Assembly (NCBI GenBank): GCA_039698055.1
Contig: JBDKTL010000005.1
Coordinates: 1-12,730 of the forward strand
Origin: Methanoregula sp.
GTDB lineage: Archaea > Halobacteriota > Methanomicrobia > Methanomicrobiales > Methanospirillaceae
DNA: 12,730 nucleotides
Reading direction: 5' to 3'
Part shown: piece by piece, positions 1 through 8,084 of the stretch
Numbering within the stretch: position 1 is the stretch's first letter
How the letters are laid out: every line of letters begins with the position of its first letter
Notes under the pieces: generated by a model
The model's database searches: none
What the model was told of the DNA's origin: nothing
What the model saw: only the letters and a program-made list of their open reading frames with translations
Program-made: the position numbers and the translations under genes

Positions 1-127
1 AGCACTCAAAGCCCGCAAATACCGACTTCAGATCAAGGAAATTAAAATCAAAATCATCCTCTACAATATCTCAAAATTGATCTCTTCTTTGTCATTCCTT
101 ATTTTCATTGAGGAATTCTACAGAGCC
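1..127 (+). mobile_element. Right end of an IS5-family-like insertion sequence (ISH1/IS903-like), truncated by the window start
   Basis: The frame from position 2 reads ALKARKYRLQIKEIKIKIILYNISKL...FIEEFYRA, resembling the R/K-x-Q-x2-E-x6-YN C-terminus of archaeal IS5 transposases. TTCTACAGAGCC at 116-127 is the reverse complement of GGCTCTGTAGAA, similar to IS903/ISH1-type terminal inverted repeats (GGCTTTGTTGAA). The family is assigned from memory, not from a search. Confidence 0.75.
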
Positions 128-232
128 GTTTATATTTTAATTCCTGGTATTTTTAAAAATTGTATAAACAGGAGGCCCCCCCTTTGTTTCCACTGGAATG
201 CTGCAAATTCTCTGATTTCCTATATTCAATAA
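2..232 (+). CDS. Transposase C-terminal fragment (5'-partial); reads through the terminal IR to TAA at 230-232
   Basis: Manual translation shows an open frame from 2 to 232 with no stop inside the element. It is absent from the ORF track because its start lies outside the window. Confidence 0.65.
   Translation, partial: ALKARKYRLQIKEIKIKIILYNISKLISSLSFLIFIEEFYRAVYILIPGIFKNCINRRPPLCFHWNAANSLISYIQ
176..198 (-). promoter_or_regulatory. Origin recognition box ORB1
   Basis: The minus strand reads TTCCAGTGGAAACAAAGGGGGGG, essentially the canonical archaeal ORB with its G-string. Confidence 0.92.
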
Positions 233-368
233 TTAAATGACCTGCAATTGTTAAAAATAAACAAAGAAGTAGAATTAAACAACAATCAATTTATATAAAA
301 GTAAGACAAAATATGAAATGAATAGTTTTCTAATTTATTTTTTCAATCGGTTGATGCTTTTTCCGTTT

Positions 369-388
369 CTCCACAGGAAACAAAGGGG
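369..388 (+). promoter_or_regulatory. Origin recognition box ORB2
   Basis: CTCCACAGGAAACAAAGGGG; inverted relative to ORB1. Confidence 0.88.
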
Positions 389-545
389 TTACCCACTCAA
401 ACCAGAAATTACCATAATTAAGAGGAAAAAGATGGCATTTACATCCGATTTTAAAAACAGTCCCTAAAAAATGTTTAATTAAATAAAAAAACAGTAATCT
501 TCCAAATTCGCCTTTGTTTTTAAATTAAACAATTAATCATAGATA

Positions 546-565
546 TTCCAATGGAAGATATGGGG
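546..565 (+). promoter_or_regulatory. Degenerate origin recognition box ORB3
   Basis: TTCCAATGGAAGATATGGGG keeps the TCCA-N2-GGAA core and the G-string at the same spacing as ORB1 and ORB2. Confidence 0.7.
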
Positions 566-573
566 TTTATAAA
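566..573 (+). promoter_or_regulatory. Candidate TATA box of the cdc6 promoter
   Basis: TTTATAAA lies about 60 nt upstream of the cdc6 ATG and matches the archaeal TATA consensus. Confidence 0.55.
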
Positions 574-634
574 TGAGACAAAACGATCGCTTTTTTAATC
601 TCTGCAAACTAAGAATCAGATCCACAGTGTCACT

Positions 635-1927
635 ATGCCCGAAACCGAAGATTCATCAACCGGATTGTTTATAAAATATCTTTCAAACAACCGGATATTT
701 CGCGACCGGGAAGTTCTCAGGCACTCTTACCGCCCCCAGATTCTCCCCCATCGTACGCCGCAGGTAGATACGATAGCATCAATTCTTGCACCCTCCCTTA
801 GAAACGAAACGCCATCAAATATCCTGATTTATGGGAAAACCGGAACTGGAAAAACTGCCTGCGTCAGGTATGTTGGTTATGAGCTTGAGAAAGCGAGCAG
901 TAAGATGGGTCCCCTTTGCAGGATTGTCCATCTGAATTGTGAAGTGATCGACACCCAGTACCGGGTTCTTGCCCAGATCGCAAAATGCCTGGACCCGGTC
1001 GATGATGTTTCAAGTGACAAGACGCGTACTCATATTCCAATGACCGGGTGGCCAACGGATCAAGTGTATGCCGAACTGAAAAACCAGCTCGAATCCGGAG
1101 GCGGTGTCCTTGTCATCGTGCTCGATGAAATTGACAAACTGGTGAAGAAAAGCGGGGATGATACCCTCTATAATCTGACCCGCATTAATTCCGACCTGAA
1201 AAATTCCAAGGTCAGTATCATCGGAATCTCGAACGATTTGAGCTTTAAAGATTTCTTGGACCCCCGGGTGCTCTCGTCCCTTTCTGAGGAAGAAATTGTT
1301 TTCCCGCCCTACAATGCCCCCCAACTGGTGGATATTCTTTCCCAGCGGTCAGCTGCCGCATTCCTTGATGGGGCGATTGCAGAAGGTGTGATCCCGCTCT
1401 GTTCTGCTCTTGCGGCCCAGGAACATGGCGATGCCCGTCGCGCACTGGATCTCCTGAGAATTTCCGGTGAACTTGCAGACCGGGATGAGTCAAAGCAGGT
1501 TACTGAGGAACATGTGAAGCAGGCACAGGCAAAGATCGAAACAGACAGCATGATCGAGTGTATCGCCACACTTCCCACACAGAGCAAGCTCATCCTCTTT
1601 TCCATGCTGACGCTGGAGCAGCTGGGGCAGAATATCTTTACGAGCGGGGAAGTCTCACGTGTATATCAGGATATCGCACCGAGTATCGAACTTGATATCC
1701 TCACACACCGTCGGATTACCGATCTCATATCGGAACTCAATATGCTGGGGGTCATCAACACGCGTGTTGTCAGCCGTGGCCGCTACGGGCGGACAAAAGA
1801 GATGTGGTTTGATAACAACACCGGAAAAATCCGGGACGTCGTGCTCAAAGATCCCCGGTTGAACGGGTTAAAAGATATCGACGTAAATCAGATGGCAGCA
1901 AAGTGGTTAAAAACGTGGTTCAGGTGA
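635..1927 (+). CDS. cdc6: Orc1/Cdc6 DNA replication initiator (AAA+ and winged helix)
   Basis: Walker A GKTGTGKT, Walker B IVLDEID, DPRVLSSL, GDARRALDLLR and C-terminal winged-helix motif SRGRYGRT; 430 aa; adjacent to ORB boxes. Confidence 0.97.
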   Translation: MPETEDSSTGLFIKYLSNNRIFRDREVLRHSYRPQILPHRTPQVDTIASILAPSLRNETPSNILIYGKTGTGKTACVRYVGYELEKASSKMGPLCRIVHLNCEVIDTQYRVLAQIAKCLDPVDDVSSDKTRTHIPMTGWPTDQVYAELKNQLESGGGVLVIVLDEIDKLVKKSGDDTLYNLTRINSDLKNSKVSIIGISNDLSFKDFLDPRVLSSLSEEEIVFPPYNAPQLVDILSQRSAAAFLDGAIAEGVIPLCSALAAQEHGDARRALDLLRISGELADRDESKQVTEEHVKQAQAKIETDSMIECIATLPTQSKLILFSMLTLEQLGQNIFTSGEVSRVYQDIAPSIELDILTHRRITDLISELNMLGVINTRVVSRGRYGRTKEMWFDNNTGKIRDVVLKDPRLNGLKDIDVNQMAAKWLKTWFR

Positions 1928-1933
1928 AATGTT

Positions 1934-2425
1934 ATGGATGATAAGGATCTCGAACTCCTCCACATCCTGGAGGATAACAGCCGGCTCTCTGCACAGGAAA
2001 TTGCATCAATGATCAATCTCGCTCTTGCTGAGGTTGAAGCACGGATCCATGCACTGGAAACAGCAAACGTTATCCGTAAATATTCAACGGTCATTAATTG
2101 GGAGAAAGCAGGTAACGGCGAGGTCCTTGCCATTATTGAACTCAAAGTCAGCCCTGAACGGGATTTCGGGTACGACCGGATCGCAGAAAGGCTTTCCCGG
2201 TTCAGGCAGGTCAGGACTTTACGCCTGATGACCGGTACCTACGACCTGCAGTTGCTCGTGAGCGGTAAAAATATGCAGGATGTTTCCCGGTTCGTTTCAG
2301 AACACGTGGCCCCGATGGACCGGATCCGTGAAACGGCGACGCACATCATTATGAAGTCGTACAAGGAAAATGGCAATACCCTCTTTGAGCAGCCGGAATC
2401 AGAACGCCTTCCGTTTTCATTCTAA
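1934..2425 (+). CDS. Lrp/AsnC family transcriptional regulator (YugG/AlaR-like)
   Basis: N-terminal HTH (D..D..LL.IL....R.S..EIA) and C-terminal RAM domain (LMTGTYDL, TATHIIMK); paired with an aminotransferase as in Bacillus yugG-yugH. Confidence 0.92.
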   Translation: MDDKDLELLHILEDNSRLSAQEIASMINLALAEVEARIHALETANVIRKYSTVINWEKAGNGEVLAIIELKVSPERDFGYDRIAERLSRFRQVRTLRLMTGTYDLQLLVSGKNMQDVSRFVSEHVAPMDRIRETATHIIMKSYKENGNTLFEQPESERLPFSF

Positions 2426-2434
2426 GGTGAGATA

Positions 2435-3592
2435 ATGCGTAACTTTATTTCAACGCGTGCAAATGAGATTCCGCCCTCAGGGATCAGGAAATTTTTCGAT
2501 CTGGTCCTTACCATGAAGGACGTTCTCTCCCTTGGTGTCGGGGAGCCTGATTTCAGGACACCTTGGAATATCTGCGAATCCAGTATTTACTCGATTGAGC
2601 AGGGCGGGACCCATTACTCCTCAAACCGGGGAATTCAACCGCTTCGTGACATCCTGTCCACCCATCTCAGGAAACAGTACAACCTGTCGTATGACAGTAA
2701 TGACGAGATGATCATCACCAGCGGTGTATCGGAGGCGCTCGATATCGCCATCAGGGCAATTGTCAATCCGGGTGATGAAGTATTGATCGCCCAGCCCAGT
2801 TACGTATCATATGGCCCCTGTGTCACCCTCGCCGGTGGAATTCCTGTGCCTGTTGAGTGTACGGAAAAGGATCATTTCAAACTTAATCCTGATGCGCTCC
2901 TTGAAAAGATCACCAAAAAATCAAAAGCGCTGATCATCAACTTCCCGAACAATCCGACGGGTGCCGTCATGAACCGGGCGGATCTGGCTGCCATTGCCGA
3001 TATCGTCACCGATCACGATCTCGTGCTCATCAGTGACGAAGTATACTCAGAGCTCACGTATGAAGGAGGACACGTCTCAACGGCAACGATCGGTGATCTC
3101 TGGGAGCGGACGATTACCCTGAACGGTTTCTCCAAGGCATATGCAATGACCGGGTGGCGTGTCGGGTATCTCTGCGCTCCAAAAGACCTCTGTGATGCGG
3201 CGCTGAAAATTCACCAGTACGTGATGCTCTGCGCCCCGGTCATGGGACAAATCGGGGCGCTTGAAGCGCTCAGGTCTGCTGAGGAAGACAAGAACAGCAT
3301 GGTAAACGAATACCGGCTTCGGCGCAACATGTTTGTTACCGGGCTGAACCGGATCGGGCTCTCATGCCATGTTCCTGAGGGCGCATTCTATGCGTTTCCG
3401 TCAGTAAAAGGAACAGGGCTCTCGGATGTGGAATTTGCCGAGCGGCTCCTCAAAGAACAGCGGGTAGCTGTCGTGCCAGGCAGCGTTTTTGGTGTGGGCG
3501 GGGACTATCACCTCCGTTGTGCCTACGCAGTATCCAGAAAAGAGCTCAATGAAGCGCTCAACCGGATGGAATCTTTCTTAAATGGGCTCTGA
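2435..3592 (+). CDS. PLP-dependent aminotransferase class I/II (YugH/AlaT-like)
   Basis: PSGIRKFFD, SLGVGEPDF, NFPNNPTG, SDEVY, PLP-lysine motif GFSKAYAMTGWRVG, and GAFYAF. A GGTGA ribosome-binding site lies upstream. Confidence 0.95.
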   Translation: MRNFISTRANEIPPSGIRKFFDLVLTMKDVLSLGVGEPDFRTPWNICESSIYSIEQGGTHYSSNRGIQPLRDILSTHLRKQYNLSYDSNDEMIITSGVSEALDIAIRAIVNPGDEVLIAQPSYVSYGPCVTLAGGIPVPVECTEKDHFKLNPDALLEKITKKSKALIINFPNNPTGAVMNRADLAAIADIVTDHDLVLISDEVYSELTYEGGHVSTATIGDLWERTITLNGFSKAYAMTGWRVGYLCAPKDLCDAALKIHQYVMLCAPVMGQIGALEALRSAEEDKNSMVNEYRLRRNMFVTGLNRIGLSCHVPEGAFYAFPSVKGTGLSDVEFAERLLKEQRVAVVPGSVFGVGGDYHLRCAYAVSRKELNEALNRMESFLNGL

Positions 3593-3618
3593 CTCTGGCT
3601 ACACACTTCAAACGCACT

Positions 3619-3635
3619 CCTTTTTTTCTCTTATT
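3619..3635 (+). terminator. Putative archaeal oligo-T terminator
   Basis: A T7 run within a pyrimidine tract (CCTTTTTTTCTCTTATT) about 30 nt after the aminotransferase stop. Confidence 0.5.
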
Positions 3636-3700
3636 CCACCTGTGCAGGCGCATGGGGGATACTTTATTGCTCATTTCGACCTACACTACTTGATATTTCA

Positions 3701-4708
3701 ATGAGCTGTACAATCATCGTTGGTGGATTTTTTGGGGATGAAGGGAAGGGCAAAGTCGTTGCCCATATCGCCCACAAGGATGAACCCGTAATTATTTCCC
3801 GCGGCGGTGTTGGTCCGAATGCCGGGCACACCGTTATTGTCGGAGACCAGAAATATGGTGTCCGCATGGTTCCTTCTGGTTTTGTGTACAAGAAAGCAAA
3901 ACTCTGTATTGGAAGCGGTGTTCTTGTTGATCCCCGTGTTCTCGAACGCGAGGTTGAAATGCTCGGTGTCAGGGGTCGGGTTTTCGTCGATAAACGCTGT
4001 GGTATTATCACAGAGGAGCATATAGCCCGTGATAAGAGCAGCACCCATCTCTCAAAAAAGATTGGGAGCACCGGATCCGGGTGCGGACCTGCAAATTCCG
4101 ATCGCGTGATGCGCATATCCCCTCAGGCAAAGGATGTACCTGAACTTGCAGAATATCTGCTTGATGTGCCCCTTGCAATTAATGATGCCCTGAAGAAAAA
4201 CGAGACGGTTCTTCTCGAAGGAACACAAGGATTTGGGATCTCGCTTTACTACGGGACCTACCCCTTTGTTACCAGTAAAGATACATCGGCATCGCAAATC
4301 GCAGCGGATAATGGTGTCGGCCCGACAAAGATTGACGATGTCATCGTTGTCTTCAAGGCATACCCGACCCGGGTCGGAGAAGGACCGTTCTCCACGGAAA
4401 TGACCACGGCGAAATCTGATGCGATGGGCATCCAGGAATTTGGGACCGTTACGCACCGGCAGCGGAGGGTTGGCGGCTGGGATGGCGACATGGCGCGCTA
4501 CTCCGCCATGATTAACGGATGCACACAGGCAGCAATTACTGGTATTGACAATGTAGATAAGGCCTGCTTTGGCATCACGGACTATAACAAACTCACCAAA
4601 AAGGCACTCGCCTTTTTAGAGCAGGCAGAAGAAGACATTGGAAGCCCTATCACGCTTATCTCCACCGGGCCCGAGATGTCGCAGATAATTGATATCAGGA
4701 ACGAATAG
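3701..4708 (+). CDS. purA: Adenylosuccinate synthetase (short archaeal type)
   Basis: GDEGKGK, GPNAGHT, IGSTGSGCGP, LEGTQG, GTYPFVTS, TRVGEGPF, EFGTVTHRQRRVG and ISTGP. Confidence 0.97.
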   Translation: MSCTIIVGGFFGDEGKGKVVAHIAHKDEPVIISRGGVGPNAGHTVIVGDQKYGVRMVPSGFVYKKAKLCIGSGVLVDPRVLEREVEMLGVRGRVFVDKRCGIITEEHIARDKSSTHLSKKIGSTGSGCGPANSDRVMRISPQAKDVPELAEYLLDVPLAINDALKKNETVLLEGTQGFGISLYYGTYPFVTSKDTSASQIAADNGVGPTKIDDVIVVFKAYPTRVGEGPFSTEMTTAKSDAMGIQEFGTVTHRQRRVGGWDGDMARYSAMINGCTQAAITGIDNVDKACFGITDYNKLTKKALAFLEQAEEDIGSPITLISTGPEMSQIIDIRNE

Positions 4709-4710
4709 CA

Positions 4711-4893
4711 ATGAAGCGCAAACTCATGGATATCCTGTGCTGTCCCGTGTGCAAAGGCGATCTTGAACTCAGGGTGGACAGTGAGGATGAAAAAGAGATC
4801 CTTGAAGGTGGACTCTTCTGCGCTGCATGCCGTGTTGATTACCCCATTCATGAAGGTATTCCCAACCTTCTCCCGCAAACCAGCAAAGATTAA
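4711..4893 (+). CDS. trm112: Trm112-like methyltransferase activator (UPF0434)
   Basis: 60 aa with LMDILCCPVCKG.L, C..C and YPI.EGIPNLL signatures. Confidence 0.9.
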   Translation: MKRKLMDILCCPVCKGDLELRVDSEDEKEILEGGLFCAACRVDYPIHEGIPNLLPQTSKD

Positions 4894-4904
4894 CCGGTGA
4901 CACC

Positions 4905-5477
4905 ATGAACCTCCCGTTGCCATTCACTGCACTGGCTGTTACGGGTGAACAGTCGGATGAGACGGATGTCCTCATCTATCTCAACCGGTCAGGAATAAAT
5001 TCCATTGAGGTACCACCAGAAAACGCACATGTTCTGATGGGTGGCGCACTTAAAGTTAAATTTTTAAACCGCGGGGCTCCTATCCACATCACGACAACAT
5101 CTTCAAATGCCGGTATGTTTACCGAGTTTTTCCACGAGAACATGTATGTTGTTGACGAGAAGAACCTGGTAATTCCCCTCAAACGGGAATCACCCCCGGG
5201 CTTTTTTGATATCGAAATTATTGCAGGCTATGGCGTGATGAAAGCATCAATGCGCGTGGAAGTCAACGTCAAACCTTCCCGTGGCGAACCGGAGCCGCAG
5301 AAGGAGGTACCCCCGCAGCCGGTTGCGCACGGACGACCCCATATTTTAATGGTGATGATGGGTATTGCCCTCATCCTGTACAGCTCGTGGTATTATACAA
5401 ACCTTGAAGTCCTTAACAGCGTGGCATTTATCGCGCTCATTGTCGGTGTCCTGTACGTATGGTACCGCCAGAAGTAG
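4905..5477 (+). CDS. Archaeal hypothetical membrane protein (beta-rich N-terminal domain, Pro-rich linker, two C-terminal TM helices)
   Basis: 190 aa ORF in the operon with GGTGA upstream; two hydrophobic segments at the C-terminus; Pro/Glu-rich linker KPSRGEPEPQKEVPPQP. Confidence 0.8.
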   Translation: MNLPLPFTALAVTGEQSDETDVLIYLNRSGINSIEVPPENAHVLMGGALKVKFLNRGAPIHITTTSSNAGMFTEFFHENMYVVDEKNLVIPLKRESPPGFFDIEIIAGYGVMKASMRVEVNVKPSRGEPEPQKEVPPQPVAHGRPHILMVMMGIALILYSSWYYTNLEVLNSVAFIALIVGVLYVWYRQK

Positions 5478-6400
5478 CGCTTGCTGCCTGCACGCTTTTT
5501 GCAGCACTCGTTGTTGACAGGGCTATTGGGGATCCGCATTCCGCATATCACCCGGTAGCGCTCCTTGGGAGGTTTATTGGCTGGTGGGGAAAACCGGCTC
5601 ATTATTCCAAAAAGGTTCAGCGTGCTGTTGGAATTTTTTTCTGGATAGTGACCGTTTGCCTGTTTACCCTGCCGTTTTTTTTGTTTGTCCGGTTTGTGCC
5701 CTGGTGGCTTTTCCTCTGCGGAGCCCCGTTTCTCCTCAAGTGCTGTTTTGCCTGGCGTTCTCTTGAAGAACATACGCGTGCAGTTGTGTCCGCATTGGAA
5801 TCCGGTGTACAAAATGCCCGGAATCAGGTGAGGATGCTGGTATCCCGGGATACGGCAAATCTCGATCCGGTGCATATTCGCTCTGCCGCATATGAATCCA
5901 TGACTGAAAACCTCACAGACAGCATTATCTCGCCACTTTTTTATTTTTCAATATTCGGGCTTCCCGGGGCAGCTTTTTTCAGGGCGGTTAATACAATGGA
6001 TGCAATGCTCGGGTACCGTGACGAACGCATCCATCTCGGCTGGTGTTCTGCACGGATGGATGATATCCTGAATTATATTCCTGCACGGGTTACCGTGCTC
6101 TTCCTTCTTGTCTATTTCATGTTCTGCGGGACTGCACGGCGTGCATGGCAGGTGATGCGGAGGGACGGGAAGAAGCGCCCGGGATTCAACGGGGGAATCG
6201 TAATGGGAGCAATGGCCGGTGGGTGCGGTATCCGGTTTGAAAAGCCGGGGGTTTATACGATCGGTAACGGGGAGCGTTCGCTTGAAGAAGGTGGTGCTGA
6301 TATCCTGCGGGCCGTCCGTGCCGTTACTATTTTGTTTGCAATTTTTGGGTGTGGTACTCTGATTTTATTGGCAGGGGTGATCAATAGTACCTGCATATGA
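5459..6400 (+). CDS. cbiB: Adenosylcobinamide-phosphate synthase CbiB (CobD/CbiB family)
   Basis: D..IGDP...[49 protein letters not shown] and L/FEKPG.Y-type motifs; overlaps the upstream gene by 19 nt. Confidence 0.94.
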   Translation: MVPPEVALAACTLFAALVVDRAIGDPHSAYHPVALLGRFIGWWGKPAHYSKKVQRAVGIFFWIVTVCLFTLPFFLFVRFVPWWLFLCGAPFLLKCCFAWRSLEEHTRAVVSALESGVQNARNQVRMLVSRDTANLDPVHIRSAAYESMTENLTDSIISPLFYFSIFGLPGAAFFRAVNTMDAMLGYRDERIHLGWCSARMDDILNYIPARVTVLFLLVYFMFCGTARRAWQVMRRDGKKRPGFNGGIVMGAMAGGCGIRFEKPGVYTIGNGERSLEEGGADILRAVRAVTILFAIFGCGTLILLAGVINSTCI

Positions 6401-7359
6401 AGACAGGGCAGAATAAGGATCAGCGCATACCAAAGAAGCTCAGCGCCCCGGATCACAATCTTCTGAATCTGGCAGAACTGAGATTTGGCACTGAGCTTCT
6501 TAAGCGCGGCTTTGCCTCCATGCAGAAGGGAGGCGTAATCATGGATGTGGTTAATGCCGAGCAGGCAATGATTGCGGAGAGCGCCGGCGCTGTCGCAGTT
6601 ATGTCGCTTGAGCGTGTTCCATCCGACATCCGGAAGATGGGAGGTGTCGCCCGCATGGCAGACCCGGAAAAAGTTGCCGAGATTATCGATGCGGTCACCA
6701 TCCCCGTCATGGGCAAGGTCAGGATCGGCCATTTCGTTGAGGCGCAGGTGCTTGAAGTACTGGGCGTCGATATGATCGATGAGAGTGAAGTGCTGACGCC
6801 GGCAGATGAACAATATCATATAGATAAGAAACAGTTCAAAGTACCCTTCGTCTGCGGAGCACGGGATCTTGGCGAAGCGCTGCGTCGGATTAACGAAGGT
6901 GCGGCCATGATCCGGACCAAGGGTGAAGCAGGAACCGGAAACGTTGTGGAAGCGGTGCGCCATATGCATGCAATCATGGGGCAGATACGCACGATCAAAG
7001 GAATGGACCGGCAGGAGCAGATAGACTACGCACGTGAAATCGAAGCGCCGGCAGATCTGGTCATTGAATGTGCAGAGCGGGGCCGGCTCCCAACCGTGAA
7101 TTTCTCGGCGGGTGGTATCGCAACACCCAGCGATGCAGCGCTGATGATGCAGCTTGGTGCTGACGGAGTCTTTGTCGGGTCCGGTATTTTTAAATCATCA
7201 CAGCCTGAGCTGATGGCAAAGGCAATTGTTGAAGCGGTCAACCATTTCAACGATGCAGCCGTGATTGCAAAGGTAAGCCGGGGTCTTGGGGATGCAATGC
7301 CGGGCCTTGACATCCACACCCTCAGGGAAGATGAGGTGCTCCAGTACCGTGGAAATTAA
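6397..7359 (+). CDS. pdxS: Pyridoxal 5'-phosphate synthase lyase subunit
   Basis: [59 protein letters not shown] and [10 protein letters not shown]. The exact start is uncertain. Confidence 0.97.
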   Translation: MKTGQNKDQRIPKKLSAPDHNLLNLAELRFGTELLKRGFASMQKGGVIMDVVNAEQAMIAESAGAVAVMSLERVPSDIRKMGGVARMADPEKVAEIIDAVTIPVMGKVRIGHFVEAQVLEVLGVDMIDESEVLTPADEQYHIDKKQFKVPFVCGARDLGEALRRINEGAAMIRTKGEAGTGNVVEAVRHMHAIMGQIRTIKGMDRQEQIDYAREIEAPADLVIECAERGRLPTVNFSAGGIATPSDAALMMQLGADGVFVGSGIFKSSQPELMAKAIVEAVNHFNDAAVIAKVSRGLGDAMPGLDIHTLREDEVLQYRGN

Positions 7360-7939
7360 AATAGGCGTGCTTGCGCTCCAGGGGGATGTAAGCGAGCATA
7401 TCGATGCGTTCAGGAATGCCCTGACCAAACGCGGGTATGGAACATCATCAGTCATTGCAGAGGTCCGCACTCCTGTCGATCTTACGGGATGCCGGGCTCT
7501 TGCGATCCCGGGTGGAGAATCCACAACCATTTCCCGTTTGATTGATAAAAACCAACTCTATGAGCCGATCCGAACGTTTTCCGGCGGTATTTTTGCAACC
7601 TGTGCCGGTATGGTTCTGATGGCAACCAAGGTTGATGATCCCCGCGTCCACACACTGGGACTTATCGATATAACCGTCAACCGGAACGCGTTCGGGCGCC
7701 AGCGGGAATCGTTTGAAGCAGATATTCCTATTAAAGGTCTTGACGGCGGTCCGTTTCATGCGGTTTTTATCCGGGCACCGGTTGTAACCGATGCAGATCC
7801 AACCGTCACAGTCCTTGCCCGGCTGGATCAGGGGATTGTCGCCGCTGAGAAAGGAAAGTGCATGGTGCTTGCATTCCACCCGGAACTTGGCGGGGATACG
7901 CGGCTGCACGAACGCTTTTTACAGAAGTGTGGGATTTAA
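7349..7939 (+). CDS. pdxT: PLP synthase glutaminase subunit
   Basis: [16 protein letters not shown], catalytic TCAG, RNAFGRQ..SF, VFIRAP and FHPE. The likely start is GTG at 7349, with GAGGTG at 7333-7338, rather than the track's ATG at 7286. Confidence 0.95.
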   Translation: MEIKIGVLALQGDVSEHIDAFRNALTKRGYGTSSVIAEVRTPVDLTGCRALAIPGGESTTISRLIDKNQLYEPIRTFSGGIFATCAGMVLMATKVDDPRVHTLGLIDITVNRNAFGRQRESFEADIPIKGLDGGPFHAVFIRAPVVTDADPTVTVLARLDQGIVAAEKGKCMVLAFHPELGGDTRLHERFLQKCGI

Positions 7940-8084
7940 TCAGCCGCATAAAGGCGGATGAGAACGCAACCTGCAATAAAAATCCTTTTTGATCCTACGG
8001 ATTTCCATGATTCACCCGGATATGGCAGGTAAATTCTGCTCAACGGGAGAACAGTTTATTATACCGTATACTGCACGTACCTTT

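Larger units (their letters stand above)
176..565. other. Probable archaeal chromosomal replication origin (oriC)
   Basis: AT-rich intergenic region directly upstream of orc1/cdc6, containing three ORB-like boxes with G-strings and an AT-rich tract at about 199-368 (candidate DNA unwinding element). Confidence 0.85.

Noticed and set aside
7286-7348. Longer PdxT start from the ORF track
   Set aside because: It overlaps pdxS by 74 nt. Family similarity starts at GTG 7349, which has a good GAGGTG ribosome-binding site.
864-7909. Numerous antisense and alternate-frame ORFs overlapping cdc6, purA, cbiB, pdxS and pdxT (e.g. 6253-6969, 3664-4116, 5393-5875, 7448-7909)
   Set aside because: They are shadow ORFs of well-supported genes and carry no recognisable motifs.
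7944-7957. CCGC-ATAAAG-GCGG hairpin after pdxT
   Set aside because: A 4-bp stem is too weak to call as a terminator.
7989-8084. Upstream extension of the 98-aa ORF
   Set aside because: It uses a TTG start and spans a TATA-like box; ATG 8085 is more plausible.
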